This document shows positions 51,243 through 63,301 of a stretch of 64,000 bases of DNA, one piece after another. The position numbers were made by a program, and so were the translations under genes. The DNA lies in NCBI RefSeq assembly GCF_018350175.1, contig NC_058368.1:72418001-72482000 (forward strand), given 5' to 3'. Source of the stretch: Felis catus. Its lineage: Eukaryota. Each line of letters opens with the position of its first letter. Position 1 is the stretch's first letter. The notes under the pieces are model-generated. The model was not told where the DNA came from and did not search any database. It saw only the letters and a list, made by a program, of their open reading frames with translations.

Positions 51243-54200
51243 GTAGGTACACTATGCAGAAATTAGTAAAAGTAACTTGATTTTTGATCTGTTTTCTTAT
51301 ACTTTTATCTCTCTATAAAGGTTCTGCACTAAGTTTACTCATTTAATCTGAATTCGTGTTTATTTGGAAAACACTTCATATGAGGCATTTAGGGTAGACT
51401 AGTACTTCATAAATGCAAAATCAGACTGCTTCCAGGGGAGAGCCAGATCATTATGACAATAGGCAACTGTGTGGTCCTGAAGTGGTCCTACTGGTACTTT
51501 ATCTTCTCTGCTTACCACGGCCACTTTTATTCTGTCTCTGCTCTCCCAGTCTCTCAATTGCGTGTTTTAACTTCATTCCATTTCCCTTTCTAAATCATCA
51601 GCCTTTGAGTAGTCTCATGTCCTATTGGAGACATTGGAGGCCAATAGAATTATTAGCCTAGAATCTCTCCCTCCCCACCACATACCTAGATAACATTTTT
51701 CATGATCTTTTCTATGTTCCTATGGCATTTCTACGAACAGCACTCAATCCAGTTTTCTGTTGTACCAGTTATTATATGTGCCACGCTTGCTAGTGCCCAG
51801 CACTGTAATAAGTTCTTCCCATTCACTAGGTAATGTACCCAGGGTCATTCCAGCAATTGTATAGACTCTTATGTGTCTGATACCGAAGACTGTGCTCTTG
51901 ACCCCTCCCCATGGAGAATTGCATCAGGGCCCTGGAGTTTGGAGCTCCATGAGAAGAGCCCCTCCTTATCACCCAAAGTGTCTTCTTCTGCTTACCTGTC
52001 TGCCAGCCTGTTCCCAGAGTTTACATTTGCAACTGTGGGTAGCACAGGAGAGGAGAGGAGAGAGCAATGAGCATCCCTTCAGTTTACATAAACTCATCTC
52101 TGCTGTTTGTTAAAAGTTTTAGCCTGGTTACCCCTGGCCTCATCTCTTCATTAATAAGCAATTACTTATTTCATTTATCTCTGGCAAGATTCCAATCCAT
52201 GGAATCCTATTCTGCCTGCAGAATGAGTGATTTCAGAAGAGTATTTTCTGTGGAAGGATCAGGGGCCAGTGGGGCAAGGGGAACGAGAGAGCCATAGGGA
52301 AAGTGTCACTGACTTAGGACAAGCGGTCCCTCTGTGTGTAAAAAAAAAAAATGCAGCTTCAATTCTTGTGATCATTCAGATACTCTTATTTTAGGTCTGT
52401 TTGGCTCTCTCTGGCTTCCTTGCTGTACAACCCACCAAAATAAAACAGACAAACACAAAAATTTACATTTTTCAAGGCAGTGACCTAAGCTAGATGCTGC
52501 TCAGACAATTCTGCTAATGGACTCAATCCAAAATAATTAGAACAATTAGGTAAATCCACCCACAAATATTATGCATTTATCCTCCTCCTGATGTTTCATT
52601 TCCAATTATTATGGACCAAAAACAAAGAGGAAGGGAACATGCTTGGGGCCATTGTGTTCTGATACACATCACCAGAGCAAAGTCTATTTGCATGTGTAAA
52701 TATAAACATTTAACATGAAGTCACGCAACAGGAAATGTTTAACTCCCAACCTTGCCATTTACTATTTCCATTTGTTTGAGGCTTAAGCAATTTCATGGCG
52801 CAAAGTTTCAGACCATAGACACCAGCACTTCGGTAAATATCCTCTGGGAGTGACTTTGACTGGGATTGTAGATCTTTCCACATGTCATTCATTCGCATGA
52901 AACCAATCTGTTAAGAGGTGATTCTACAGCCCATCAGTAAAACAATTTAAAAGGAGATTTTCTTGCTCCATCAGTTTACAGAAAGCGAAGAATGATATTT
53001 ATTGTCAGGAATGTGTGTTGCCCAAAGCTTGTATTTTATCTCCATTATCCAAATGTGTCCTGTTAACAGTATCTTCATTTGGGTTGTGAGGATATCTGCT
53101 TAATTTTTCTGATCTATATCCAAGTGTAATTTCACATGATTTTTCTTTCCTTATTCACCTATATCTCAATGATTTTTTAGTAAGACCCTGATTCAATTAT
53201 GAATTTTATAAATATACAAATAATTTGGATGTAAAGAACATAGATTTGGGATTATTTGTTAATGTCATGGTAATCCTTACATATGTGGCACCTTATATAA
53301 ATTTCCTGAAATTACAGAGGAAATAAATTCTAGTTTAAAAGTTAATCAAGTCTTGAAAAAACCAACTTCTAGAAAAGCTTTTAGCACACAGTTGTCTTGC
53401 TATTTTCCAGTGTAATCCTCAAGTTCCTGAGGACATAGTACTGGGATGTGATATTTTGGGTGGGTACCTGAGAGATAGATACTGTTGAGTTCATAAATAA
53501 AAGGTATAGCTTTTATATTTTATCACTGATGAAATAATTTAATATCCTTTACATTTGCTTAAGTGAACAAATTAAAATTTGTTGTAGAAATGATCATTGA
53601 CTATTCAGTTAATAAGAGGTTTTCCATGGACATCCAAATTACAGCTCACTTAGGTAGAAAACATGGCATCGTGTGCTTGGTTCCCTGTGTCTTTCTTATA
53701 TCTCACTGTAGGACTCTTTCTCTCGCTCTCTCCCTTTGTCTCTCTGATGTGTGTCTGCTTTTTTTCATCGACAAGAATAGGGTAAGAGACAAGAATATTC
53801 TATTGTACATTCCCCTTTCTTATGTGAGTTCTGCAGGCCCTACTGACACTTTTGCCATGAGCCAGAAATGCCATAGTGTTTAGGAAGAAAAAATAGCCTC
53901 ACGTTCAGTTTCCCATGGGCCCTGTGAAATTATGGCTGCAGGAGAAGAGAGAGGGAAGAACAACGACTTTAGCTACAGACTCTGATAAAACATAATTCTA
54001 TGAAATGGAAAGAATAGACTAAGCAAAATCCAGCGTGACCCTCGTTTTCATCATATTTACAAGAACAAACACACATTCATGGTTGGGTGAATACATAACT
54101 ATACTCCTAGGAATTTACATAACCACAAAAAGGGAGGATCTAAGAAGTAACTTGAGGTAAATAGAATTACCATCTTTTGGGAACTTGTAGGATTGCTAGA

Positions 54201-54987
54201 TATGGATGCAGAAAGCGATGATGTGACAGTTCAATAGGGGTTGCTTGGATGTAAGTACAAACAAGCCGGGTAAAATTTAAAACGAGGCAGGAGTTGAAGG
54301 GGTGTGGTGGCATCAGAACACAAAATGATGGGTCATCCTGTCCCCTTGACGAATAGGAGGGGCTTTGATTGTGAGGCCAGGGGTCCATGCTATTTTATTG
54401 GCCTAAAGGAGTAATAAACACTGGTTTAACTGAAAACCTCTTTTCTACGTGGTGGAACACAACAGCTTGTGGGACACAGTTGAACGAAAAGGTGAAATAT
54501 CTCCTCTGGTTTAGGAAGCGTTCAGTCATTAATGATGTGCTTCCAAGTAAATATGTACCACTGGTTTCTCAATGGTTGATTTCAAATGAAATCCTTGGAT
54601 GACTAATTCAAGAAATGCCCTTAGCATGAATGCTTACATACATTTGACTCTGATGAGTGCATTTGAGATTGGAGGGTAGTAGACCAGCCTGTCTCATTCT
54701 TTCATGTCATTTCTTCAAATTTCTTTCATTTTCACCAGCTACCTGGCTAGGACAAGTTACAAGACACTTGCTCTTGCTTTTTGTGTACGATTATGGAGGT
54801 ATATGCGCAACCATGGTGTGCGGGGGACAGATCTATAACTTGATTGTTTTAAGCAAGGATTGTAGAGCTGGTATATTATTTCAAAAGGCAAAAATGATCA
54901 CAAAGAGGTAGAAAGTTAATTTTGCTTTTAAAAGTTGCTTCCCCCCCCCCCCCCCGCCTCACTCTATAAAATTCATTTTGGGTAAAG

Positions 54988-55128
54988 GCCATGGAAAGTG
55001 TTACTGTGGAAACTGTTACTGCGAGGCTGGTTGGCATGGCGATAAATGTGAATTCCAGTGTGATATCACCCCCTGGGAGAGCAAGCGAAGATGCACATCT
55101 CCAGATGGCCAAATCTGCAGTAACAGAG
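54988..55128 (+). CDS. ITGBL1: ITGBL1 internal coding exon (probably exon 5), 141 nt, phase 1-1
   Basis: Acceptor ttttgggtaaag|GC, donor AGAG|gtgggt. Encodes (G)[46 protein letters not shown](G), within ORF 54978..55187. Confidence 0.96.
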
Positions 55129-55788
55129 GTGGGTCATTCATCCACGTTACTATGAATTGGGAGGAAAACAAAGCTCTTCCTCATTAACCCTCCTTTTCCT
55201 TGTATTTCCTTGGGTGTGGGGGGAGGTCGTCTTTTATAGTGTTTGACTTCGATGTAAGTCAACATTTACAATGCCAACAGTCTTCTCTTTCTTATTTTTT
55301 ATTGAGTAACAAAGCAGAAAGATAAGAAAGTTGCTGTAGTTATTTAAGCTTCACTGAACAAATAGTTAACATAGGGACTGTAATTTCTTTGGCGGCCATC
55401 CAGAAATAGCATAGTACAGCTAAAAGGCAATTCTTGTAGATACTTCTGTTAAATGTCTCTTGACTAACAGAACCATCTACAGCATGAGCATCTAATTATC
55501 TAGAGAACATTCAAGAAACCCTTTTGTCTTAATTATGAGTAAATCGAAGGCTTGGTTGTAATACTGAATTGATCTGGAGTCACTTTTATCTGCAATAATA
55601 CAAATGATATAGAACAGGTATAGAAACTATGTGTCAGACAACCAGATAAAATTTAGATTGACTTTCGATATGAATTTTAAGAATATGTTGGTATTGCTAA
55701 AATGTCCTTTAAAGTGAGTTAACTAACTGTTGATATCAAATCAAATTAGTTTTATTTAAATGCTTTTTAAAACTCCTTGAAAACACAT

Positions 55789-55990
55789 GGGGTCTGGGTG
55801 ACTCAGTTAGTTAAGCATCTGACTCTTGATTTTGGCTCAGGTCATGAGCTCACAGTTCATGGGTTTGAGCCCCACGTCGGGCTCTGCACTGACAGCATGA
55901 AGCCTTCTTGGGAGTCTTTCTCTCCCTGTCTCTCTCTGCCCGTCCGCTGCTCTCTCTTTCAAAAATAAATAAATAAACATTTTTTTTTAT
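55789..55990 (+). mobile_element. CAN-SINE
   Basis: ggggtctgggtgactcagttagttaag head and A tail, with flanking tccttgaaa repeat. Confidence 0.93.
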
Positions 55991-56110
55991 AAATCCTTGA
56001 AATTACTTGTCATTTTCCCCTTATTAGCTGTACTGGCAGATAAAAGAGAACTATGCTGGACCATTTGTTGCCTGCCTGAAGGTATATATAAGTGACCGTA
56101 TTTCCTTCTT

Positions 56111-56155
56111 CTTTTTTTTTTAAATTTTTGTTTTAGTGTTTTTATTTATTTTTGA

Positions 56156-56203
<48 letters not shown>

Positions 56204-56380
56204 CAGAGACAGAGCATGAGCAGGGGAGGAGCAGAGAGAGGGAGACACAGAATTGGAAGCAGGCTCCAGGCTCTGAGCTGTCAGCACAGAGCCCGACGGG
56301 GGGCTCGAACTCACAAACTGTAAGATCATGACCTGAGCCGAAGCCGGATGCTCAACTGACTGAGCCACCCAGGCGCCCCC
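56111..56380 (-). mobile_element. CAN-SINE (young-looking) with expanded (GA)n
   Basis: TSD tatttccttctt (56099-56110 / 56382-56393), intact CpGs. Confidence 0.96.
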
Positions 56381-57404
56381 ATATTTCCTTCTTTTAATAT
56401 TATAAAAGTCTGGAAAGTTGGAAAATTATATTTTTTAATTTCTGTAAATGAATGGTGCTTTTTATCAGGTAATGCTTATGTGGGAAACCTTAACATACAA
56501 CCAATTTTCTCTTTTCAAAAAATGGTGTAAGAAATTAATGCAGAAGAGTAAAATGGGCCAAATTTCTATACATAGGGAAAGGAAAGCAAAAGGCCTGAAG
56601 TTGGAAGAAAAATTATAAAGAAAAGTCCTCTTTTTAATGTATGCAGAATAGGTCTGACTATATAGCCCACTAATTCATGTTATGTTTTCCTTTTCTATAT
56701 AAGGACATGTTTCTGTCTGCGTCCTTCTTATTCAATAGGTCCAGTCATCACTGTCATGATGTCAGTATAGGAATCTTGGGCTGTGTTCCCGTGAGATGTT
56801 GAAAGGAAAGAGGAGAAAAATGGCAATGGTTGGGCTGTGGATCAGGGCCGGTTCTGCAGCAGGGATATGTGGGCTCTGAGAGAGACACACACTACTCGCC
56901 AACCCCTGAGGTCTCACCTTCTGCCTGTCCTTTCCTGCACTTGGAGCTGTCTGATTTGGAGATCTGGCAGAGCAGACTGGGAGGCAGCATGCTCAAATGA
57001 GGCTGGGTAGCAGTGAGATTTCGGGGGTTCCTGAAGGCAAGTCGGGAGGAGGCACAGCAATATGTCTTTTTTTTTTCTCAGAAGGAACCATCCGCGTCTC
57101 CCCTGGCACTCTTCCTCATTATTGTTTCCGGGGTGGGGGGGAAGGTGGGGGGCGGGAGAGAGACACCAATCCCTGCACAGGCTTACCTCCTTTTCCTTGT
57201 TAGCCCATCTCCAAGGACCAGAAAACCTTTGTTGTAGACACAGCTAATCAGGGATAGAACAAGTGTCCTGTATTGCCTAAATCGTTTATCCAGTGTCAGG
57301 TTGGACTCACCTTAGCATATACCTATCCTTATCCCCTGCACCCACATCAGTTATACTATTATGAAAGCCAAGGGTATTCGTTTTTTAAAATATAGATACA
57401 GATA

Positions 57405-57620
57405 TTTATTTATTTTTATTTTTTTAAATGTTTATTTTATTTTTGAGAGAAAGAGAGAGTATTTGAGCATGGGAGGAGCAGAGAGAGGGAGACAAAGGGT
57501 CTGAAGCAGGCTTTGCACTGACAGCAGAGAGCCCGATGCAGGGCTCAAGCTCATGAACTGTGAGATTGCGACCTGAGCCGAAGTCAGACGTTCCATCGAC
57601 TGAGCCACCCAGGTGCCCCC
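57405..57620 (-). mobile_element. CAN-SINE
   Basis: TSD agatacagata (57394-57404 / 57621-57631). Confidence 0.95.
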
Positions 57621-58026
57621 AGATACAGATACTTTAAAAAATCCAGGCACAACCACCTTTTACATTTTGGTACATGACCCTACAGTCATCCAGTAGCTTT
57701 CTTTTGTCAGATAGATTGCAGATTTCTTGAGGGCTAGGATTCTAACTCGTATTCATTGTTTTGATGCTGTTTTGGAAAGAAACCACTACTGTGCTAAGGG
57801 CACATCCCACAACCCACACAATAATAGACACAGAAAATAACTTTTGTCTATTAAAGAATCTCTGCTGTACACATTAGATGGTGTTTTTCCTTTGTAGAAT
57901 GTTTTTATCCAGTATATGTATTTTCCAAATACACAGTAAGCAAAAGATTTTAAAAAGCAACATGTAAGATGCTTTCTTTCATGGTGTTTCTTCGCTAAAA
58001 CCATATACAATTGTTTTCTCATCTAG

Positions 58027-58167
58027 GGACTTGTGTGTGTGGTGAATGTTCTTGCCACGATGTTGACCCAACTGGAGACTGGGGAGATATTCACGGGGAC
58101 ACCTGTGAGTGTGACGAAAGGGACTGTAGGGCCGTCTATGACAGATACTCTGATGACTTCTGTTCAG
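58027..58167 (+). CDS. ITGBL1: ITGBL1 internal coding exon (probably exon 6), 141 nt, phase 1-1
   Basis: Acceptor gttttctcatctag|GG, donor TCAG|gtatgt. Encodes (G)[46 protein letters not shown](G), within ORF 58011..58196. Confidence 0.97.
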
Positions 58168-58553
58168 GTATGTGCTCTCCTCGCTCACTTTTTTAAATTA
58201 AAAAAAAATTCATTTCCCTATTTTCAAGCTTCTTTCTGATTCTCACAAAAACTGTAAGAGAACTGAATCTGTGCATGGAAAACGTTTGATATTCACAGTG
58301 CTCCTATTGGTGCCTTGGAAAGTCTTCAGAGAATTTACACATTGGGCCAAGACAAGGGATGAAAGGGCTCACTTTCCTAAAATTAGTCTAACTCCTCCCC
58401 CCAAGGAGAGCCATCTGCTACTGATATGGGTTGCTCATCTCTAGGCCTACGAAACCAGCAGTCCAGGTGACAGTGTCCAGGATGGAGACCGTGAGAACAG
58501 CTGCAGTCATATATTACAAAACTTCAGATAATATGGTTCTCATGGGTATTTTA

Positions 58554-58765
58554 TTTTATTTTTTAATGTTTATTTATTTTTGAGAGAGAGACAGAGTGTG
58601 AGTGCGGGAGGGCAGAGAGAGAGGGAGACACAAAATCTGAAGCAGGCTCCAGGCTCTGAGCTGTCAGCACAGAGCCCGATGCAGGGCTTGAACCCATGAA
58701 CCATGAGATCATGACCTGAGCCGAAGTCGGACGCTCCACTGATGGAGTCACCTTGGAGGTGCCCC
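58554..58765 (-). mobile_element. CAN-SINE
   Basis: TSD tctcatgggtatttta / tctcaaggatatttta. Confidence 0.95.
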
Positions 58766-59514
58766 TCTCAAGGATATTTTAATGAATTAATTCCTTAGTA
58801 TAATTTATATATTAAAATTATTCCGCAGATTAGTGTAGGATTAAATATCAATAATTGGATTCCAGAATATTATTCTATAAACATTTATAGAGCGGACACC
58901 GTTTACCAGGGTCTGGACTGCATCTGGGCTCCTGGCTCTGGCAGTGAAGGAGACAAACATGACCTCTGACTTTACAGAGCTTGCAGCCTGAGTGCAAAGG
59001 GCAAAACACACTCTGCCAGAACTTCTAACGGTGCAAAGGAAAAAAAAGAAAGCGGTTGGATTTGTTTGAAAAAGTGTCACTGAGCAAAAATGGAGTTATG
59101 GATTTTCAGTCCAGTCATATTTGACAATCCAGAAGACAGAGACATATATACATACATCTTTTTAAGCCTGACTGCTTGATTGGTGTGTAAGTAGATAGGA
59201 AACTCCACTGTCTCCTGGAAGTTTGCCAGCAAAAGGGAAATGAAAGAGCTGCCCTATTTAATCACGTTTCCACAGCCGCAGAGGCTTGTCTGGCCTGGCT
59301 GAGGGGAGCCTGCTGCTAACACTGTGCTCCCAGAAGGGTTTCCCTGTTCTGATGATCCCTGATGCTCGGGAGAGTCTCCTGAACATTTTGTCAACACTAT
59401 TCTTTGGGGGAAATGCCCTTTGCAGATTTTTCTCTGTTATTCATTATATACGAGTGTTCTTTATTATCCCCATCATCTGCACGATGGAAATGAGACAGCT
59501 GGCATCTCTTGGGT

Positions 59515-59730
59515 AGGTCTCTATGCCAGACACTGTGCTAAGCACTTTCCAGGTCGTTGCACTTATTTTTCTTAAAAGTCGATGAGGTGGGGATATTTTC
59601 TCATTTTACTATTGGGGTTATGGAGGTTCGAGGAAGTTCCATAACTTGCGGAAGACCTCACAGTTAAGAGACAGAATCAAAATGTTAAAGAGGTCTGTGA
59701 ATCTGAAGAAATGTAAAGGTTCTTTCCTTA
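59515..59730 (-). mobile_element. MIR SINE
   Basis: ctatgccagacactgtgctaagcacttt...tcattttac...ggaggttcgaggaagttccataacttgc...cacagttaa. Confidence 0.72.
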
Positions 59731-59922
59731 CTGAAAAAAGTCTTCGTTTAAACTTGAATTTAATATGACAAACATTTATGGAGAGCCAACTATGCTGGAG
59801 GCACTATGTGAGATATTATGGTACAAAAATGCAAACACAAAAAATCGTAGCTTCTACCTTCAAGAAATTTACTGTTTAGCAAAATATGAAACAAACAAAC
59901 AAAAAAAACCCAATAATGACAT

Positions 59923-60138
59923 GGGGTGCCTGGGTAGCTCAGTCGGCTAAGCATCCAGCTTCGGCTCAGGTCATGATCTCATGGTTCATGGGTTCAAGCC
60001 CCATGTCAGGCTCTGTGCCGACAGCTCAGAGCCTGGAGCCTCCTTTGGATTCTGTGTCTCCCTCTCTCTCTGTCTCTCCCCCACTCACGCTCTGTCTCTG
60101 TCTCTCTCAAAAATAAACATTACATTTTTTTTAAAAAA
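59923..60138 (+). mobile_element. CAN-SINE
   Basis: TSD caataatgaca (59911-59921 / 60139-60149). Confidence 0.95.
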
Positions 60139-60214
60139 CAATAATGACAAAACTGCCACATAAACATGTAATTTTAATACACGGTGCTATGGGAGATTTG
60201 CTTAGTCATGCATT

Positions 60215-60945
60215 TGTTACTCATTTGGCCATAATGCTGGGGATATAGCAACAAACACAACAGATAAAATCCCCCCTCTCATGGAATTTACATCCCAGTG
60301 GGCTGGAGATGCAACAAATAAACTGAATAAGTGAGATATGTAGAGAAAGTTGGGCGTGGGCTTATTTGACACTTTACTTAGGGTGATGAGGCTCTTCACA
60401 GAGGTGGTGACATATGACTCATGCGTTGCTGACATTTTTGTATCCCCATGCACATGTCTACCCCTACCCTACCTCAAAGGTAGGCTTGCAGGTAAAAAGA
60501 AATGAGAGAAACATGTCCTAGGCAAAGAGAGTAGAGGTGTGTGATCTGTGCAGGGGACTAGAATCATTTTATTTACTCCCAGAATGCCCAAGTGACAGAA
60601 GGGAAAGCTGGCGAGACACAGAACTGGTGGTCTTTTTACCTTGCTGTGGAACTGGACCCTATTCCAAAGGCAATGGGGAGCTAATGATGGGTTTAGGCAG
60701 CAAAGTGCTACAGTCACAGGTGCCTAGTCTGGTTGTCTGGATAAGTGTTGTTGCCATTTACTGAAATGGGGAACATAGCAGGAAGTTGTCAAGTTCATTT
60801 CTAGATATATTGAGCATAAGGGACCAATGGTGACCCAAAGTTGATATATTTTTTTTTCAGCCTGTTGAGTGTGTGAGCCTGAAGGGTCAGGGCTAAATGT
60901 GAGGTTGGAGTCATACACATGGAGTGGGTAATTAAAACTAGACTG
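60215..60945 (-). mobile_element. L2 LINE fragment
   Basis: gctggggatatagcaacaaacacaacagataaaatccc...ctcatggaatttacatcccagtg, ggcaatggggagctaatgatggg, gttcatttctagatatattgag. Confidence 0.72.
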
Positions 60946-61796
60946 GGGTTCAGGAAGGGGTTCAGGTACACATGGAGTCCATACACATGGAGTGGGTAAT
61001 TAAAACTAGACTGGGGTTAAGACTGGGGTTCAGGTAAGAATGCTGCCTTGAGATTGTCTGTGAGATAAAACGTGAATTCATACAATTTTAAATGGGGAAA
61101 TGAAGGAGATAATCAGGCTATCTATATAAAGTTATAAAGTTTGGGACTTTCTGATAGAATGTTTTTGTTTTTGTTTTTGCATAGGGGACGTTCATCCTTG
61201 ATCAACCCATGACCTTGCTTTTGGAGTGGGGTTGAAAAATTCAGAATTGCTACATTATAGTGACTGCTCAGGGTCCCATGTGCTGTTCTGTTTCACTGTG
61301 AGGGAGGGGGCTCACAGGGTGAAGATGGACAATGACACTTCAGTGGACACTTCAGTCCTTTTATAAGAGCACGATTCCCTACTGCGTGTCATTTGGGCTC
61401 AGTTACCCCAGTAGGTTGGGCAGGTGAAGGTCATCAGGAGGTCTCCTTGGAACCTGAAATTTTCCCCTTCGTTTCTTCCTTCCCTCCTTATTCTGCCCGA
61501 TTTTCCTCTTTCTCACATTTTCCAATCCTCCCTATCCGTGGAGATTTCAGGGACAGTGAAGCAGTTGGGCAGTGATGGCTGTGGTTGGTCAGGTTTGTCA
61601 TGGGAGGAGCTGAGGAGGAGTGCTTACCCCTTTACACGGGGTCTCCATGCTGCGGGGGTAGACCCCTGGGTGTGGGAAGGGGGGCTGGTTCAGACATCAG
61701 TCTGCAATCGTGACTTTATCATTCTTTTGTTGAAGTGAACTGAGCATGGGCAGTGCCCACAGCCAGCCTCCCACATTTAAAAGGAGGAATTTGGAT

Positions 61797-62014
61797 GGGG
61801 TGCCTGGGTGGCTCAGTCGGTTGGGTGTCTGAAGTCGGTTGACTTCGAGCTCTGCGTTGGGCTCTGTGCTGACAGCTCAGAGCCTGGAGCCTGCTTCACA
61901 TTCTGTCTCCATCTCTCTGCCCTTCCCCTGCTCGCGCTCTGTCTCTCTCTCTCTCAAATATAAAAAAAAACAAAAAAACAAAAAAACAAAAAACTTTAAA
62001 AAATTTTTAAAAAC
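61797..62014 (+). mobile_element. CAN-SINE with internal deletion
   Basis: Lacks the gctcaggtcatgatctc block. TSD aaaggaggaatttgg (61780-61794 / 62015-62029). Confidence 0.93.
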
Positions 62015-62027
62015 AAAGGAGGAATTT

Positions 62028-62220
62028 GGGGCTCCTGGATGACTCAGTGGGTTGAGCATCTGACTCTTGCTCTCGGTTGGTGAGGTGGAGCCCCGAGTCT
62101 GGCTCAGCGCTGATAGCGTGGAGTCTTCTTGGGATTCTCTCTCTCCACACCTCCCCCTGCCCCTCCCCCATTCTTGCTCACTCTCCCTCTCTCTCAAAAT
62201 AAATAAATAAACGTTTTTGT
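62028..62220 (+). mobile_element. CAN-SINE (older), directly tandem to the previous one
   Basis: ggggctcctggatgactcagtggg head. Tail followed by aaaaggaattt. Confidence 0.92.
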
Positions 62221-63036
62221 AAAAAAGGAATTTAGGGAAGAAGAAATTTGCTTTGAGACTCCACACTTTTAGTCTGTTTCAAACACCTTATTCCATTTTA
62301 CCTTCACCCTAATTCAGAGGGGGAGACATTGTTATCTGCATTTTAACAGGAGAGGAAACAGGTTCAGAAAGATTAACTTGACAGAGTTCACATGGCCATT
62401 AAGTGTCATCGGGAAACACATTCAGAGCCTAAGTATTCGTGTAATTTAATCTCCAAGTGATGCAAACAAAATTCTTCAATTTTACTCCGGATGCTCAAAT
62501 TCTTATAAAACTAAGCTTCTCTGCATGTCATTACGAAGTGAGGCAGGTATCCACCCCCAGTATTTTTTCATTCTCACTAAATCTGTTGAATTCTGTACAT
62601 TCTGTTTAGCGAATTATTAGTCTCCACAATTTTCCTAATTGCCTGTCTGAGTTGCACTACAGGAAGGGTGCCACGTTGGTGCCTCTGTGTTAGGAGACAG
62701 AAGTAACCCAACTATGTCAATGTTCTCTAGTGATTTATGTAAGGCTGGAAGGTAATAAGGCTCAGCTGAAATGCAGCTTTATTTTTAGCTCCCATTGTTA
62801 CCATCCTGACAGTGTTCCTCTTATTTAAGTCCCAGGGATTCTCCTGGTGGGTTGCTCTTTTAATTGACATTCTCATTGTATTCATTCATTTCCACCTGTC
62901 CATTCATCTATTCAGTAATACAATGAAATGTGAATATTTTGTGCCTACTACATCTGCTACATCATGGATTCAGAAGATAGTATTTTAAAACCTGCTCCCT
63001 GCTCCAAATAAATCAGTTTTATTTATTTCTTCTTTC

Positions 63037-63221
63037 TTTCTTTCTTTTTTAATGCGTATTTATTCTTGACGGTTATGGGGTGGGACAGACAGAATCCAAG
63101 GCAGGCTCCAGGCTCTGAGCTGTCAGCACAGAGCCTGATGCAGGGCTCAAACCCATGAACTGCAAGATCATGACCTGAGCCGAAGTTGGACGCTTAACCC
63201 ACTGAGCCACCCAGGCGCCCC
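63037..63221 (-). mobile_element. CAN-SINE
   Basis: Ends ctgagccacccaggcgcccc. Flanking tcttctttc repeat. Confidence 0.94.
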
Positions 63222-63259
63222 TCTTCTTTCATTTCTATTTGTTGCTCATCATCCACATA

Positions 63260-63301
63260 GTGTGTGTGTGTGTGTGTGTGTGTACGTGTGTGTGTGTGTG
63301 T
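63260..63301. repeat. (TG)n microsatellite, interrupted
   Basis: TG run with one tacg interruption. Confidence 0.95.

Noticed and set aside
43487..58167. Assignment to a true integrin beta chain, tenascin or teneurin
   Set aside because: The spliced peptide matches the recalled ITGBL1 sequence nearly residue for residue, with one repeat per exon.
51098..58196. ORF-track starts and stops around the Cys-rich segments as standalone small proteins
   Set aside because: They are read-through into introns. Splice sites define the real exon limits.
3843..62266. Recurrent ORFs of the type AQSVKRLTSAQVMIS...SGSVLTAQSLEPAS (3843, 4090, 56120, 57432, 58563, 59886, 61839 and others) resembling a gene family
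   Set aside because: All are translations of CAN-SINE copies with TSDs and A-tails, not genes.
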